Part shown: in pieces, positions 8,972 through 18,844 of the stretch | Layout: every line of letters starts with the position of its first letter | Numbering within the stretch: position 1 is the first letter of the stretch | NCBI GenBank assembly: GCA_963696385.1 | Contig: CAVOKF010000007.1 | Location: 288,001 to 352,000, forward strand | Reading direction: 5' to 3' | DNA: 64,000 bases | Source: an uncultured delta proteobacterium | GTDB taxonomy: Bacteria; Myxococcota_A; Polyangia; Polyangiales; Polyangiaceae | Translations under genes and position numbers: made by a program | The notes under the pieces: model-generated | Told to the model about the DNA's origin: nothing | What the model saw: only the letters and a program-made list of their open reading frames with translations | The model's database searches: none

Positions 8972-10456
8972 TCATTGGCAAAGCACGGCCGATTTGTCGG
9001 CGTTGTAGAGGTTTTGGATGGCCGTTTCCATGAGCGTTCCCCAGGTCGTCTGCTCGCTGTTGGTCGGATAATCCGCAGGGCCGGGATTGTCCGCATTGGC
9101 GTACTGCCACGCCCAGGCGCCCTTGTATCCTTCGGTGTAAAGCGTCGTATACAGGTTTGCGGAAGGAATGACGGTGCCCGTGCCGTTCGAATACGTATCA
9201 ATCGCCCAGAATTCGCCAATCACAACCGGTTTTCCGTCGGTCAGCCCCCAATGCGACACTTCATTCTGGAACGGCGAGACCTTCTCGGCCCCACCGGGGG
9301 TGCCCCAGTTGTCGTAATAATGAACCTGGTAGAAGTCGAGCGTGCCCTTGGATTTGCCTCCTGCCGCGAGGAGTGCGGCATCCGAGTAATAATTCGTTCC
9401 GACGACGTCGGAGTTCGCGAGAAACGTCCAGGCGCCGTTGGTCACGAGAGCGTTGGGGTCGGCGGTGTGAATGGCGTCGGCGAACCAGTTGACGCAGGTT
9501 TGAATGACGCTTTCGTCGACTTCCTCGCCCCCGGCGGCCGTCGTCCAGCCGTTTTGCGTCGTCATGCCTTCCGGCTCATTGAAGACTTCCCACGAATAAA
9601 GACCGTGATAGCCTTTGAGGGCGGTCACGAGCGGGGTGAGCACGTTCGTGATGTAGGCCTGACGATCCGTAGAGTTGGTCAGAAGATTCATGTTATTGGC
9701 GATGGGGATGGCGCTGTTGCCGCCGGTGAGCATGTCGAAGGACCAAATACTGATGTCGACGGCCACGTTCGCGGCATAGGCCGCGTCGAGAATGCTCTTC
9801 ACGCCAGCGATGTCCGTTTGAGAAATGGGGGTCGCTACGCCGTTCGTGTAGCCGGGAGTGACCGACCCGTCCGTGTGAAGCCACCAGCGAATGACCCGCC
9901 CGCCGGCGTTGTACACGTTCGTAAAGAGGGTCGTGAATTTGGCGATATCGGGATTGGGAATGTCGCTCGCATAGTTGATCCATGCGACGTTCACGCCGCT
10001 CGCAAACTGCGGCCTGCAGGCCGTGCCGCTGCCTGCGTCGCCTGGCGGAGCCCCGGACGACGCTGCCGAGGAGCTCGAACTGGAGGCGGAGCCGCTCGAA
10101 TGGCTGGAGCTGCTCGAGCCCGTGCTGTTCGAACCTTCGGAACTGCTCGAGCCCGTGCTGTTCGAACCTTCGGAACTGCTCGAGCCCGTGCTGTTCGAAC
10201 TTTCGGAACTGCTCGAACTGGAGCCGTTCGAGGGAGAACCAGAACCGCTCGAGCTGGAGCTCGTCGCGTTGGGGTTCGTACCCCCTGTCGAAGAGGACTC
10301 TGAGGATCCGTTCAAGGCTGAGACACTCGATTGCGACGCGCTCGTACTCGACGACGATTCCGAAGGCAGACCGTTCTCGTTCCCCGGCGACGGGGAACTG
10401 CACGCTGCGACGACGATGCCCCCGGTCAGGAAACCCATTCTGAGATAAGCGCGCAC
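8972..10456 (-). CDS. Glycoside hydrolase family 5 lipoprotein (mannanase-like) with Ser-rich linker
   Basis: Lipobox VAAC; SGVNVAW, WEVFNEPEG (acid/base), DFYQVHYY, KPVVIGEF (nucleophile), GAWAW. Confidence 0.88.
   Translation of the reverse strand: MRAYLRMGFLTGGIVVAACSSPSPGNENGLPSESSSSTSASQSSVSALNGSSESSSTGGTNPNATSSSSSGSGSPSNGSSSSSSESSNSTGSSSSEGSNSTGSSSSEGSNSTGSSSSSHSSGSASSSSSSAASSGAPPGDAGSGTACRPQFASGVNVAWINYASDIPNPDIAKFTTLFTNVYNAGGRVIRWWLHTDGSVTPGYTNGVATPISQTDIAGVKSILDAAYAANVAVDISIWSFDMLTGGNSAIPIANNMNLLTNSTDRQAYITNVLTPLVTALKGYHGLYSWEVFNEPEGMTTQNGWTTAAGGEEVDESVIQTCVNWFADAIHTADPNALVTNGAWTFLANSDVVGTNYYSDAALLAAGGKSKGTLDFYQVHYYDNWGTPGGAEKVSPFQNEVSHWGLTDGKPVVIGEFWAIDTYSNGTGTVIPSANLYTTLYTEGYKGAWAWQYANADNPGPADYPTNSEQTTWGTLMETAIQNLYNADKSAVLCQ
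10110..10216. repeat. 3x 33-bp coding tandem repeat in the GH5 linker (SSSSEGSNSTG)
   Basis: Unit ctgctcgagcccgtgctgttcgaaccttcggaa at 10110, 10143 and 10176 (one mismatch), plus a partial copy. Confidence 0.9.
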
Positions 10457-10640
10457 TGGAAAGCTCTCTTCTCGGACCCTGTCGACTCCCGCGCACATGC
10501 GTGTTCGCGACCGCCCGGCAGCGCGTAGACTAGCAGCGCGCTCATCGGCCGCTCGAGAGCATTTTGGTTCCGTCCCGCCGGTTCTCGTCCGGTTCTTGTG
10601 GGGACGGATTAATACGCGGATTTCGAAGCGTGCCGTCGGC

Positions 10641-12566
10641 TTAGAATCGGGCGACCCAGCCGAACGTCGCGCCGCCCGCCGTGGGAGCGATCGTCGGCTG
10701 CAAATGCAGCATCCCGGGGTCCCGCTCCCAGACCGTCAAGAGCCGTTGAAGGGGCGTTTCGACCCAATAGGTGGCCGCGATGACGGCCGCGCCCAGCAGC
10801 ACTCCGGTGCCGCCGAACAGGCGGCCGTCGAGTCGCGCGTTGGGGCTCGTGGCCGTCGCCTCGTTGTAGACCCAGCCCGAGGCCGATCCCAGCATGACCA
10901 GGGCGCCGATTCCGCGCGTGATCCAGAGCCGTCGCGCTTCGCGCACAGAAAGCTCGTGGAACCGCTCCTCGGCCACGGCAAACGCCCGCGCGTAGTCCAT
11001 TCCCGTTCCCAGCGCGGCGCGGTAGTCGCGTGCCGCGATCTCGCCCCCCCAGGGTTCCAACAAGTCGTAGAGGCCCGCCCCGAGATACAGCGCGCCGACG
11101 CCAGCGGTCACTGCGCCCCAAACGTTGGCCGACGACCGCGTAAACCCCGGCAGCCTGTCTCCGAAGGACAGCTCCGAGCCCCCGGCGACGCCGAGGACGG
11201 CCCCTGCGCCCAGAAAGACCAGGCCCGAGAGCCTCCGTTGGCCGCGCTCCGCGCTCTCGATCTGACCGAGCAAGAGATCCATCCGCTCGGCGTCTTCCTG
11301 CGACACACCGTAAACAGGAGGTGGCGCGGCGGTCGCTTCCGCCACGTACGAGGCGACGGCACGCGGGCCGAACGGGCGGGTGAAGAGCGTCTGGAAGATC
11401 TCCGCCGGTCCTCGGATGGCTCCGCGCGCGCGGATTGGTTGGAGCGACGCGAGCGTCAGCTCCGTCGCCGCCTCGGGAACGGCGAAGACCTGCAGGGCCG
11501 ATCCGCCGCCGGACGCGGCGCGCTCGACGACTGCGCCGTCGGTCCACTCATCCGGAAGCGTCAGGACGAGTGGAAGCCCCGCTTCCTCGTTGGCGTCGAG
11601 AAGGGGCATGGCGTCTTTGTCGAGCCACCGAACGCGCATCGGCGCGGCGTCGGAGAGACGGAACGTCCGCGCTCCGGTGCGGCCGCGGGCGGCGAGGATC
11701 GGTTGATCGTCGTGACCGCCCGGTCCCCGCGAGAACACGTGCGGACGCATGTTGGGGTTCCGAACGTCCGCGGTCGCGGTGGCGACGAATGCCGCGAGCT
11801 CCAGGTAGCTTACGACGCCGTCGCCGTTCGCGTCGGCGGCGCCCAGCAAGCCGGACCGTACGACGTGGCTGAAGACCCCCGACTGGATCTCGGACCACTC
11901 GAACGAAACCCCCTCGGCGCTCGTCGAGAGGAACACACCCACGTTCGGGAGTCGAGCCGCGAGCGACCGCGCCGCGTCTTCGGGCGTGGCGTAGTAACGG
12001 CCGCCCGGCCGTCGTTCGCCGAGCATGAAGAACGAGTTGCAGCTGTCCAAAATGACGTGCCCTCGTGAGAACGGAATCGCGCGGAGCCATTGCTCCAGAT
12101 CCGCAGACGTGAAGCGCGCATCGGCCAGTTCGATGAAGCCCATGCCTTCATCGGCGTCGCCGTGACCGGCAAACACGAAGTACACGTCGGTCTCACTGCC
12201 GGCGTTGGCGGCGGCCCGAACGCGCTCCGCCAGCTCGCGTCCGACGCGCAGCAGCTCGGCACGCGTGGGGGCCACGGCCCACGCATGCGCTTCGGGGAAA
12301 AGCCGCGCGGTGTCGTCGTCGAAGTCGGCCAGCAGCGTGACATTCTGCGGGGCGACCGTTCGGAAAATGGCGGAACATTTCGCCGCATCGTCGTCTGCGT
12401 AGTGCAGATCGGGGCGCCGATGGCCCAGGCTGCGGTTGTTGCCGATGACGACCGCGAACGCCTCGTGGCGTGCCGGCGCGTCCGCGCGGCTCGGGATCGG
12501 CGTCAGCAGAGCCGCGAGGGCGGCCAGAGCGGCGAGAAGAGAGCCCAGCAGTCGCCGACCGTTCAT
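10641..12566 (-). CDS. Secreted caspase-family (peptidase C14-like) protein with hydrophobic C-terminal region
   Basis: Signal peptide; FAVVIGNN, LHYADDDA, FAGHGD (His), ILDSCNS (Cys), DANGDGVVSY; C-terminal hydrophobic helices ending FGWVARF. Confidence 0.88.
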   Translation of the reverse strand: MNGRRLLGSLLAALAALAALLTPIPSRADAPARHEAFAVVIGNNRSLGHRRPDLHYADDDAAKCSAIFRTVAPQNVTLLADFDDDTARLFPEAHAWAVAPTRAELLRVGRELAERVRAAANAGSETDVYFVFAGHGDADEGMGFIELADARFTSADLEQWLRAIPFSRGHVILDSCNSFFMLGERRPGGRYYATPEDAARSLAARLPNVGVFLSTSAEGVSFEWSEIQSGVFSHVVRSGLLGAADANGDGVVSYLELAAFVATATADVRNPNMRPHVFSRGPGGHDDQPILAARGRTGARTFRLSDAAPMRVRWLDKDAMPLLDANEEAGLPLVLTLPDEWTDGAVVERAASGGGSALQVFAVPEAATELTLASLQPIRARGAIRGPAEIFQTLFTRPFGPRAVASYVAEATAAPPPVYGVSQEDAERMDLLLGQIESAERGQRRLSGLVFLGAGAVLGVAGGSELSFGDRLPGFTRSSANVWGAVTAGVGALYLGAGLYDLLEPWGGEIAARDYRAALGTGMDYARAFAVAEERFHELSVREARRLWITRGIGALVMLGSASGWVYNEATATSPNARLDGRLFGGTGVLLGAAVIAATYWVETPLQRLLTVWERDPGMLHLQPTIAPTAGGATFGWVARF

Positions 12567-13414
12567 GGTGCGGCTCCGTCGGCGTGGCGCACCTCGACCA
12601 TCGTCTCGCGCACTTCTGCCCCGGGAAGCCGGCGGGCCATGCGAGCCGCACTGAGCTCGGTGCCCTCGAGCGACTCGACGTCGGACACATGCGCGGGGGC
12701 CGGCGTGATCACGGCGACGATGCGCAGGGGGCCTGGGCTTACGTCCTCGAGGACAACCGTCGTGTCGAGGACCCGCTCACCGAGCGAAGGCGGCAGCGTC
12801 GTCGAAGCGGGGTTGTCCTCGGAACGCGTGAACCTCGGCGAAATCCAGTGGATGGCGCCCCGCGCGTCGACCGCGAAAAGCAGAAGGAAGGCCGGGATCT
12901 CCCCCAGGTTGCGGAAGCCGGCGGTGAGGGGCGTCGTGTCGTCGAACGTCGCCCCGGCCCCCAGAGGACGAAGGTTTCCCCGGGCCGTATAGGGCTGCAC
13001 GCCGACATCGCGTCCGATCGTGGCTTGAACCGGCCCCCCGCGAGGCTGCCAGGTTTCCGTCGTCCGCGGAACGCGCAGTCCCACGTAAGCCAGGAGGACG
13101 ACTCCGCAAGCGGCCACCGAACCTGCCGCGACGAACCGTCCGAAGGGCCCCGGCCGCGCTCGGTTTTCCGTCGTCGTCGCCCTGTGACGCTCCAGACGAT
13201 CCACGCGTTCCATCACCGCACGGATGTGCGCTTGAACATCGAAGTCCTGGACCGTGGCCGCTTTGATGTCGCCCAGGGCGGTTCGCAGCGCCCGGTCCTG
13301 CTCCCGGCAACGGGGGCACATGGCGACATGCGCCTCGACGCGCCGGGTCTCTTCCAACGAAAGCGAGCTATCGACAAAGCGCACGAATTGGTCGCGGGTC
13401 GGACAGGGCATCAT
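12563..13414 (-). CDS. Anti-sigma factor: zinc-finger (zf-HC2), TM, extracytoplasmic DUF4384-like domain
   Basis: CP...HVAMCPRC (C-x-H-xxx-C-xx-C); TM; WQPRGG; LLFAVDARGAIHWISP; ATGA overlaps on both sides. Confidence 0.85.
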   Translation of the reverse strand: MMPCPTRDQFVRFVDSSLSLEETRRVEAHVAMCPRCREQDRALRTALGDIKAATVQDFDVQAHIRAVMERVDRLERHRATTTENRARPGPFGRFVAAGSVAACGVVLLAYVGLRVPRTTETWQPRGGPVQATIGRDVGVQPYTARGNLRPLGAGATFDDTTPLTAGFRNLGEIPAFLLLFAVDARGAIHWISPRFTRSEDNPASTTLPPSLGERVLDTTVVLEDVSPGPLRIVAVITPAPAHVSDVESLEGTELSAARMARRLPGAEVRETMVEVRHADGAAP

Positions 13415-13998
13415 CGATGTTCCTCCAAAAGATCCCGAAGCAAACGCAGCCCGTGGTGAACCCGCGAGCGCAGCGTCGACTCGCCGATGCGCAAGATGGC
13501 GGCCATCTCGTCGTATCGGAGCTCCTGCCCGTACCGCAGGACCAACGCCTCGCGCATCCTCTCGGGAAGCCGAGAGAGCGCGTGGTGGACGCGGTGCCTT
13601 CTCTCCTCCACGAGGAGCTGGTCGATCTGTTTGGCAGTGGGCGGTTCGGCGGCCTCCGATGCGGCCCGCATCCGGTGCCGCTGCACCACGCCACGCATCC
13701 TCGAATGGTTGCGACAGCGATTGCGCGCCGCCGTAATCAGCCAGACGATGAACTTGCCCTCGGCCCGATACTGCGATCGCTGCGCCCAGATCGTGACCCA
13801 GGTCTCTTGCGCCATTTCGGCGCCCCACTCGCCGTCGCCGACGAACCTGGAGCAGACTTGCACCAGGCGCTCGGCGTGGCGTTCGACGAGCACGGCGAAC
13901 GCTTCGCGCACTCCGGCCTGCGCGAGCGTCATCAGTTCGTCATCGTCTCGATCGGGCAAGGGGCCACGCTCGAGCGGCACCAGATGCGGAGAAGACAT
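13411..13998 (-). CDS. ECF RNA polymerase sigma factor
   Basis: DDELM..AQAG..EAF..LVERH, AQETW, WLITAARNRC, LPERMREALVLRY, SRVHHGL. Confidence 0.93.
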   Translation of the reverse strand: MSSPHLVPLERGPLPDRDDDELMTLAQAGVREAFAVLVERHAERLVQVCSRFVGDGEWGAEMAQETWVTIWAQRSQYRAEGKFIVWLITAARNRCRNHSRMRGVVQRHRMRAASEAAEPPTAKQIDQLLVEERRHRVHHALSRLPERMREALVLRYGQELRYDEMAAILRIGESTLRSRVHHGLRLLRDLLEEHR

Positions 13999-14168
13999 AG
14001 GCTTGTACAGAACACGGCTCGGACCGTGACGTTGACGGGTTTGCCCGTTAGGCTATTGGGGGCACCTGCCGGATCGTTTCCAGTCGCCGCATTCCGGCTT
14101 CGGCGGACGTTTGAACCCCGCTTAACTGCTTGCGATGTCCTTGCGCGGCTTGTAAGGTGGTCAGGCCA

Positions 14169-15350
14169 ATGAGACCTATTGCGAGCGTAGCGGTCTTGGT
14201 GGGGCTGGCCGCCTGCTCCACGAGTCCGCCGAGTGGGCCCTCGGGTGACGTGTCCAATGGCGACGCCGGGGGCGCGACGTCGAACGGCGCGGGCACGATG
14301 ACTCAGGTCACGATGGCCGCCGCGAGCAGCTCGAGCGGGACCAGCTCAACCGGCGCGATGTCGTCCTCCACCCCCGGTACGACGAGCGGCACGACCAGTA
14401 CGACGACGGGCACGGCGACCGCGACGGCAACGGCATCCGGCACGACGGGGCAAGACGCGAGCGTGGCGGGCGGAGCCGACGGGGGCGCGCCCGAGGCGGG
14501 CACGGGCGCATCCGTGAACGAAGCCGGCAGCGACGACGATTCCGGTTACGTAAATCTGTTCAACGGCACGGATCTGACCGGGTTTCTCGTGTACGAGCAG
14601 ACCACGACGACCTCGGCGGGCACGCTTCTGACGGGTACGGCGGCCGAGGCGATCTTTCAGCCCGAGGCCGGCGACGCGGGCGTGCCCGTGATCCACGTCT
14701 ACGGCGACCTGCCGAACCAGAGCAAGCAGGAGCTCTACATGCTCGAAACGGTCGCGTCCTACGCCCACTACAATTTGTATTGGGAGTACCAGTGGGGCAC
14801 GAAGAAATTCCAGAACCAGACGGACGGAACGGCGTCCGCCACCAATTTGACGCTGTATCCGCGTGACGCCGGGCTGATGTGGGCGCTCAACGGCGACCTG
14901 ACGCAAGTCTGGCCCTCGTCGGTCGAATTTCAAAACAAGTGGGGCACGACCGGAGACATTTTCGCGCTCTATTCGCAGGTCGAGTCGTACGGAATGCCCG
15001 GAAGCGCGACGAATTTGACGACCTATGAGCCACCCGATGCCGGGGGTGTCGAGACGCTCGTCAACGGTTCCAACGGATACGTGCAGCACCACCGCAGCGC
15101 CGATTGGGAGCTGACGACGAACCTCATCGACGGTGGGGTCTCCACCGATGGCGCGGGCACGGGCTGGAACGAGTGTCTTCTGGAGGCCAACGGCGGCGCC
15201 GCCCTCTATTACGTCAACGGACACCTCGTGAACCAGACCGTGTCGGTCATGGACGCCACGGGCAAAGCGGTCACGTCGGGGGCGGTCGCCTGGCAAGCCG
15301 AATCCGCCGAAGTCTATTATCGCAATATGAGAATCCAAGTCCTTCCATAG
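14169..15350 (+). CDS. DUF1080 (3-keto-glycoside hydrolase/hydratase-like) lipoprotein
   Basis: Lipobox LAAC; Thr-rich linker; NLFNGTDLTGF, EYQWG, RDAGL, GWN, YVNG, WQAESAEVYYRNMRI. Confidence 0.85.
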   Translation: MRPIASVAVLVGLAACSTSPPSGPSGDVSNGDAGGATSNGAGTMTQVTMAAASSSSGTSSTGAMSSSTPGTTSGTTSTTTGTATATATASGTTGQDASVAGGADGGAPEAGTGASVNEAGSDDDSGYVNLFNGTDLTGFLVYEQTTTTSAGTLLTGTAAEAIFQPEAGDAGVPVIHVYGDLPNQSKQELYMLETVASYAHYNLYWEYQWGTKKFQNQTDGTASATNLTLYPRDAGLMWALNGDLTQVWPSSVEFQNKWGTTGDIFALYSQVESYGMPGSATNLTTYEPPDAGGVETLVNGSNGYVQHHRSADWELTTNLIDGGVSTDGAGTGWNECLLEANGGAALYYVNGHLVNQTVSVMDATGKAVTSGAVAWQAESAEVYYRNMRIQVLP

Positions 15351-15359
15351 GTTTTGCTT

Positions 15360-16487
15360 ATGAAGAATTCCCGCCGCGACACCGTATCCATGGCCCTGTC
15401 CGTTGCGACCCTTTGTGGGGCGCTGGCCGGCCTCAGCGCGCTCATGGCGGCCTGTACGCCCGCGGGATCCAACTACATTGGCCTCCCAGCAGGCTCCGGG
15501 GACGACAGCGGCGTCACGAGCGGGTCGACGACCGGATCCGGATCGACCTCGGGCAACACGAGCGGATCGACCTCCGGCACGGCGAGCGGATCCACCTCCA
15601 GCACGGCGAGCGGATCGACCTCCGGCAACACGAGCGGATCCACCTCCAGCACGGCGAGCGGCTCCACCGGCGGCACGACGGCCCCCGGCGGCGACGGCGG
15701 CACGACGACCGGCCCGAGCGAGGACGGTGGCGCGACCGCCGAAGTGGATGCGACGACGGGCGGGGGCGGCGGCGAGGACGGTGGCGACACGACTGCGGCC
15801 AGCGGCGATTCGGGGTGCAATTGGATCCAAAACGCCGACGGGACATGGATGTTCGACCCGGCGGCGCCCAACAAGATCGTCATTTTCGACGGCTCGAGCC
15901 TCGCCGATTTCCACAAGGAGAACCAGCCGGGCGTGCCGATCGATTGGACGCTGAACGCGGACGGAACGATGACGGTGCTTCCCTCCGGAACCGGAGTGGC
16001 CGTGCTCGTCCAGACCAACCAGAAATTCAACGATCTGTGCGTTCACGTCGAGTACATGACGCCGATGTATCCATCGACCGTCACGGGCCAGCAGCGCGGC
16101 AACAGCGGCGTCTACTGCAAGAGCGCGTACGAAATGCAGATCCTCGATTCGTACGGCGATCCGCCCGAGAACGACACCTGCGGAGCCGTGTACAGCATTG
16201 CGAAGCCCCTGGTGGTCGCTTGCAACATGGAGTTGGTCTGGAATACGTACGAGATCGAATTCAAGGGGTCGGTGTGGAATGACGCCGGCGTCAAGACCAA
16301 GGACGCCGAGTACGTCAAATGTGCGCTCAATGGGCAGATCGTCCAACTGGACGTGGATCTGGACCCGGCCGCAGGTTACACGCCGGCGGGCATTCCTGAC
16401 GCGCCCGGCCCTCAGCCTCTCGGGCTTCAGGACCATCTCTGCTATGTGAGTTTCAGAAATATCTGGGTGCGGGAACCCCAGTATTAA
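15360..16487 (+). CDS. DUF1080 lipoprotein (second, divergent copy)
   Basis: Lipobox MAAC; Ser/Thr linker; IFDGSSL, HVEY, GNSGVY, YEMQILDS, WNTYEI, LQDH..VSFRNIW. Confidence 0.9.
   Translation: MKNSRRDTVSMALSVATLCGALAGLSALMAACTPAGSNYIGLPAGSGDDSGVTSGSTTGSGSTSGNTSGSTSGTASGSTSSTASGSTSGNTSGSTSSTASGSTGGTTAPGGDGGTTTGPSEDGGATAEVDATTGGGGGEDGGDTTAASGDSGCNWIQNADGTWMFDPAAPNKIVIFDGSSLADFHKENQPGVPIDWTLNADGTMTVLPSGTGVAVLVQTNQKFNDLCVHVEYMTPMYPSTVTGQQRGNSGVYCKSAYEMQILDSYGDPPENDTCGAVYSIAKPLVVACNMELVWNTYEIEFKGSVWNDAGVKTKDAEYVKCALNGQIVQLDVDLDPAAGYTPAGIPDAPGPQPLGLQDHLCYVSFRNIWVREPQY
15540..15668. repeat. 5x 24-bp coding tandem repeat (GSTSG/SxxS linker)
   Basis: ggatc[gc]acctc..gca..cgagc units at 24-bp period from 15540. 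Confidence 0.85.
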
Positions 16488-16551
16488 GGCCATCCGCCCA
16501 TCTCAAACGCCGAGAGGCCCGTCCCCGCGGACTCTCCACGCAAAGGGCCTC

Positions 16552-17913
16552 ATGCCGAAGCGACTCGTAGCCTTGTCGGTTTTTGCGGGCGTCGCCGGGG
16601 CGATCGCCGTCACGCCCGGCTGCAAGGACAAGCAGCCTTCCGAGTCGGCCGCCCAGACCGCGCCGGCCGCCCCCGTCCCGGCTCCCAAGAGGACGCTCAC
16701 CATCTGGTGGGCGCAGTGGGCGCCGGCCGACGGCCTGCAGGATCTGGCCGGCGAATTCGGCCGGAAGGAGTCGGTCGATGTGGTCGTCCACCAGATCCCG
16801 TGGGCCCATTTTCAAGACCAGGTATTCCAGGAGTTCGGCAAGGGCCAAACCGCGTTCGACATCGTGGTGGGCGATAGCCAGTGGCTGGGGCGCGGCGCGA
16901 CCAAGGGCCTTTACGTCGACCTGACGAACTGGCTGCCGGCGGCGGTCGACATCCAGTCGCTCCACCCGGTGGCCCTCAAGTACCTGGCGGAGTACCCGAC
17001 AGGGTCGCCTCACTACTACGGGGCGCCGGCCGAAACGGATGCCATGGGATGGGCGTACCGCAAGGACTGGTTCGAAGACCCGGCGGAGAAGGACGCCTTC
17101 AAGAAGCGGTTCAAGAAGGATCTCGCGGTGCCCCAAACCTGGGAAGAGCTCGAAACGATCGCCGAGTTTTTCACGCGGCCCGACAAGAAGCGATACGGGG
17201 ACGTACTGGTAACCGGACGCGGGTACGACGATATCGTCATGGGATTCGAGCAGCTGCTATACGCCTTCGGCGGGTCCTGGGGAGACGCGAAGACCCTGAA
17301 GGTCAAGGGGGCGCTCGATTCTCCGGATGCGGTCAAGGCTTTGGATTTCTTCAAGGGTCTGCTCAAGTACTCTCCGCCCGGCGGCAGCAAGCTCGGATAC
17401 GGCGAGGCGCTCGAACCCTTCGTGAACAACTCGACGGCGATGCTGATGAACTACTTCGCTTTCTTTCCCGACCTCGCCAAGAAGATGTCCGGAAAGGTGG
17501 GGTTCTTCGCCATGCCCAAAGAGGGCGATCGGCGGTTTTCGAGCCTGGGCGGACAGGGCTTCTCGATTTCCAGCAAAGTGCCGACTTCGCAACAGGATCT
17601 TGCCAAGAAGTTCATCGCTTGGTTTTTGCAAATCGACACCCAGAAACAGTGGGTGCGAAAGCCCGGTGGATTCACGGCAAACGCCGAGATCCTCAAGAGC
17701 GACGAATTCAAGAAAGCGAGCCCGTACAACGCCGCATTTGCGGAGTCGCTGGACATCGCGCAAGACTTCTGGAACGTGCCGGTTTACAACGAGCTCATCG
17801 CCGCGACCGCGCAGCAGCTCGGCGAAGCTCTCGACGGCAAGAAGTCCTCGAAGGACGCGCTCACCGCGATGGCGGTCGAGCACGAAAAAATCCTCCAGCA
17901 AGCGACGCCGTAG
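16552..17913 (+). CDS. Sugar ABC transporter substrate-binding lipoprotein
   Basis: TPGC lipobox; WWAQWAPAD, FDIVVGDSQWLG, YRKDWF, PQTWEEL, SLGGQG. Confidence 0.92.
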   Translation: MPKRLVALSVFAGVAGAIAVTPGCKDKQPSESAAQTAPAAPVPAPKRTLTIWWAQWAPADGLQDLAGEFGRKESVDVVVHQIPWAHFQDQVFQEFGKGQTAFDIVVGDSQWLGRGATKGLYVDLTNWLPAAVDIQSLHPVALKYLAEYPTGSPHYYGAPAETDAMGWAYRKDWFEDPAEKDAFKKRFKKDLAVPQTWEELETIAEFFTRPDKKRYGDVLVTGRGYDDIVMGFEQLLYAFGGSWGDAKTLKVKGALDSPDAVKALDFFKGLLKYSPPGGSKLGYGEALEPFVNNSTAMLMNYFAFFPDLAKKMSGKVGFFAMPKEGDRRFSSLGGQGFSISSKVPTSQQDLAKKFIAWFLQIDTQKQWVRKPGGFTANAEILKSDEFKKASPYNAAFAESLDIAQDFWNVPVYNELIAATAQQLGEALDGKKSSKDALTAMAVEHEKILQQATP

Positions 17914-17922
17914 AAGCGGCCG

Positions 17923-18837
17923 ATGAGCCGCAACGAGGACCGCGCCCGCGTGGGAGCCGCGCAATCCAACCGGATGGGCCGGGCCTTCGTGGCCCCGGCG
18001 CTGCTTCTGCTCTTGGCCATGAATCTGTTTCCGCTGATCTTCAACGTGTACTTGAGCTTCACGAACGCGGATCTGTCGGGCGGTGCGGTCACGATGGTGG
18101 GGGCCCACAACTACACCGTGCTGTTCAGCGAAGCGCGCTACGCGAACGCTTTGACGCTCACGGCGTGGTTCGTCCTGGTCTCCGTTTCGGTGGAGCTGGT
18201 CCTCGGGTTCGTTCTGGCGCTCGCCCTGCAGGGCCCCATCCCCGGAAAGCCCGTCGTTCTGACCCTCTTGCTGATCCCGATGATGCTTTGCCCGGTGGTC
18301 CTTTCGCTGTTTTGGAATCTGATCTTGAATGGAAACTACGGTGTGCTCAACCAGCTGCTGGCGCTCGCGCACCTGCCGCAACCTCAGTGGTTGACCGACG
18401 ACGACCTGAAGCTCGTTTCGATCCTGCTCGTCGACATCTGGATGTGGACCCCGTTCATGATGCTGATTTCGCTCGCTGGATTGAATGCGATTCCGAAGTA
18501 CATCTACGAGGCCGCGGAGATCGATCGCGCGAGCCGGTGGATGGTTTTCCGCACCATCACCTTGCCGATGTGCGCGCCGCTTTTGGGGCTTGCGGTGCTT
18601 CTCCGGGCCACCGATGCACTCAAGCAGTTCGACTTGGTCATGGCCATCACGGGTCCCAACGACGCATCGACCCAGACCCTGTCCGCGCGCATCTATCAGG
18701 TGGTCTTTCGTGACTACAAGGTCGGCCTCGGATCCGCGTACGGCGTGGTCATTCTGGTCGCCGTCATCGCCGTCGCGACGATCTTCGTGCGTTACCTCGA
18801 CCGCCTCAACGGGCGCCAAGGCAAGGTGGAGGCGTAG
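17923..18837 (+). CDS. Sugar ABC transporter permease
   Basis: DIWMWTPF and EAA loop IYEAAEIDRA; six TM segments. Confidence 0.93.
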   Translation: MSRNEDRARVGAAQSNRMGRAFVAPALLLLLAMNLFPLIFNVYLSFTNADLSGGAVTMVGAHNYTVLFSEARYANALTLTAWFVLVSVSVELVLGFVLALALQGPIPGKPVVLTLLLIPMMLCPVVLSLFWNLILNGNYGVLNQLLALAHLPQPQWLTDDDLKLVSILLVDIWMWTPFMMLISLAGLNAIPKYIYEAAEIDRASRWMVFRTITLPMCAPLLGLAVLLRATDALKQFDLVMAITGPNDASTQTLSARIYQVVFRDYKVGLGSAYGVVILVAVIAVATIFVRYLDRLNGRQGKVEA

Positions 18838-18844
18838 CGTGCCC

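Noticed and set aside
10110..15668. 33-bp and 24-bp tandem repeats as possible CRISPR arrays
   Set aside because: No unique spacers, unit lengths are multiples of 3, they encode Ser/Thr linkers, and no cas genes are present.
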